A stretch of 61,123 nucleotides of DNA, the filler included, from Globobulimina sp. (Eukaryota), in the NCBI GenBank assembly GCA_003354225.1. It is 15 parts of 15 records of this genome, joined end to end, with 100 filler letters (N's around TTAATTAATTAA, not from the genome) between each part and the next. Parts side by side here need not be neighbours in the genome. Positions count along the whole stretch, not along the records: positions 57,147 to 61,123 come from PIVH01001796.1; 14 more parts are not named here. One strand, 5' to 3'. The notes under the pieces were generated by a model. It made no database searches, was not told where the DNA came from, and saw only the letters and a program-made list of their open reading frames with translations. The stretch's first letter is position 1; the number at the start of each line of letters is the position of its first letter. Both the position numbers and the translations under genes were made by a program. This document shows positions 60,648-61,123 of the stretch, one piece after another.

Positions 60648-61123
60648 ACAGTATTTATATCTCTTTAATATTATAATAGCATCATAATAATAAGTTATAG
60701 ATCACAAATTGTGTATATTGTGTGGCAACTCTAATAATGATCCATATTTTGCATGATATCTTTGTATGTTATTTGAAATATACATATGGAAGGATACATA
60801 TGACGCTGAAAACAGAATGCAAAAAATGATAGAAGTAGGTTTTTCAATCTTTTTTTTTTAGTGGGCTGAGCCTCAGCTGAGGCATCCGTTCGTAAAAATG
60901 GATGATTGCAAAGATAGTATTTTTAAGATATTAAACATCGATGCATACAACGAAGAAAACAGACTATTATTTGCTGAAACAGACGAAAGAACGAAGAAAA
61001 AAGACAGTGCAGAAAGATTATTATTTATTTTAAAAGTGTATTCCGAATGGATCAAATACCACAGAAACAGTAAGGGGATGGCTCAAAAGCATAAAATGAT
61101 GAATATGTATGATATTATTTGCG

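Noticed and set aside
1-61123. rRNA, tRNA, transposase or reverse-transcriptase genes
   Set aside because: None recognised by eye; tRNAscan-SE, Infernal and HMM searches would be needed to exclude them.

Overview
This window is not one locus. It is 15 unrelated, size-sorted contigs (3986 down to 3977 bp) joined by artificial 100-nt spacers (N44-TTAATTAATTAA-N44): 1-3986, 4087-8071, 8172-12155, 12256-16239, 16340-20323, 20424-24406, 24507-28488, 28589-32569, 32670-36650, 36751-40731, 40832-44810, 44911-48889, 48990-52968, 53069-57046, 57147-61123. The DNA is AT-rich, gene-dense eukaryotic nuclear sequence in the standard code, with short GT-AG introns (about 47-135 nt) and very short intergenic spacers. 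The gene repertoire suggests a foraminiferan/rhizarian protist (inference). Recognisable genes include STT3, WDR5, SRP19, TRM61, DNAJC2/zuotin, TDP2-like, Ras, an NCL-type Ca2+ exchanger, prolyl 4-hydroxylase, PPR, EamA and Nup160-like. The most notable observations are: (1) a circularly permuted Ras domain (G4-G5-G1-G2-G3) spliced in frame to an ~11-12-pass membrane domain; (2) a sense-strand decamer ATCCTTGCAC in six introns of unrelated genes; (3) a secreted protein with a Pol-beta-type nucleotidyltransferase motif; (4) an intronless VWA-ankyrin-ADP-ribosyltransferase; (5) a type I membrane-anchored serpin; (6) a ~30-aa F-box-like motif shared by four unrelated proteins. All gene models were spliced by hand and no database searches were run.
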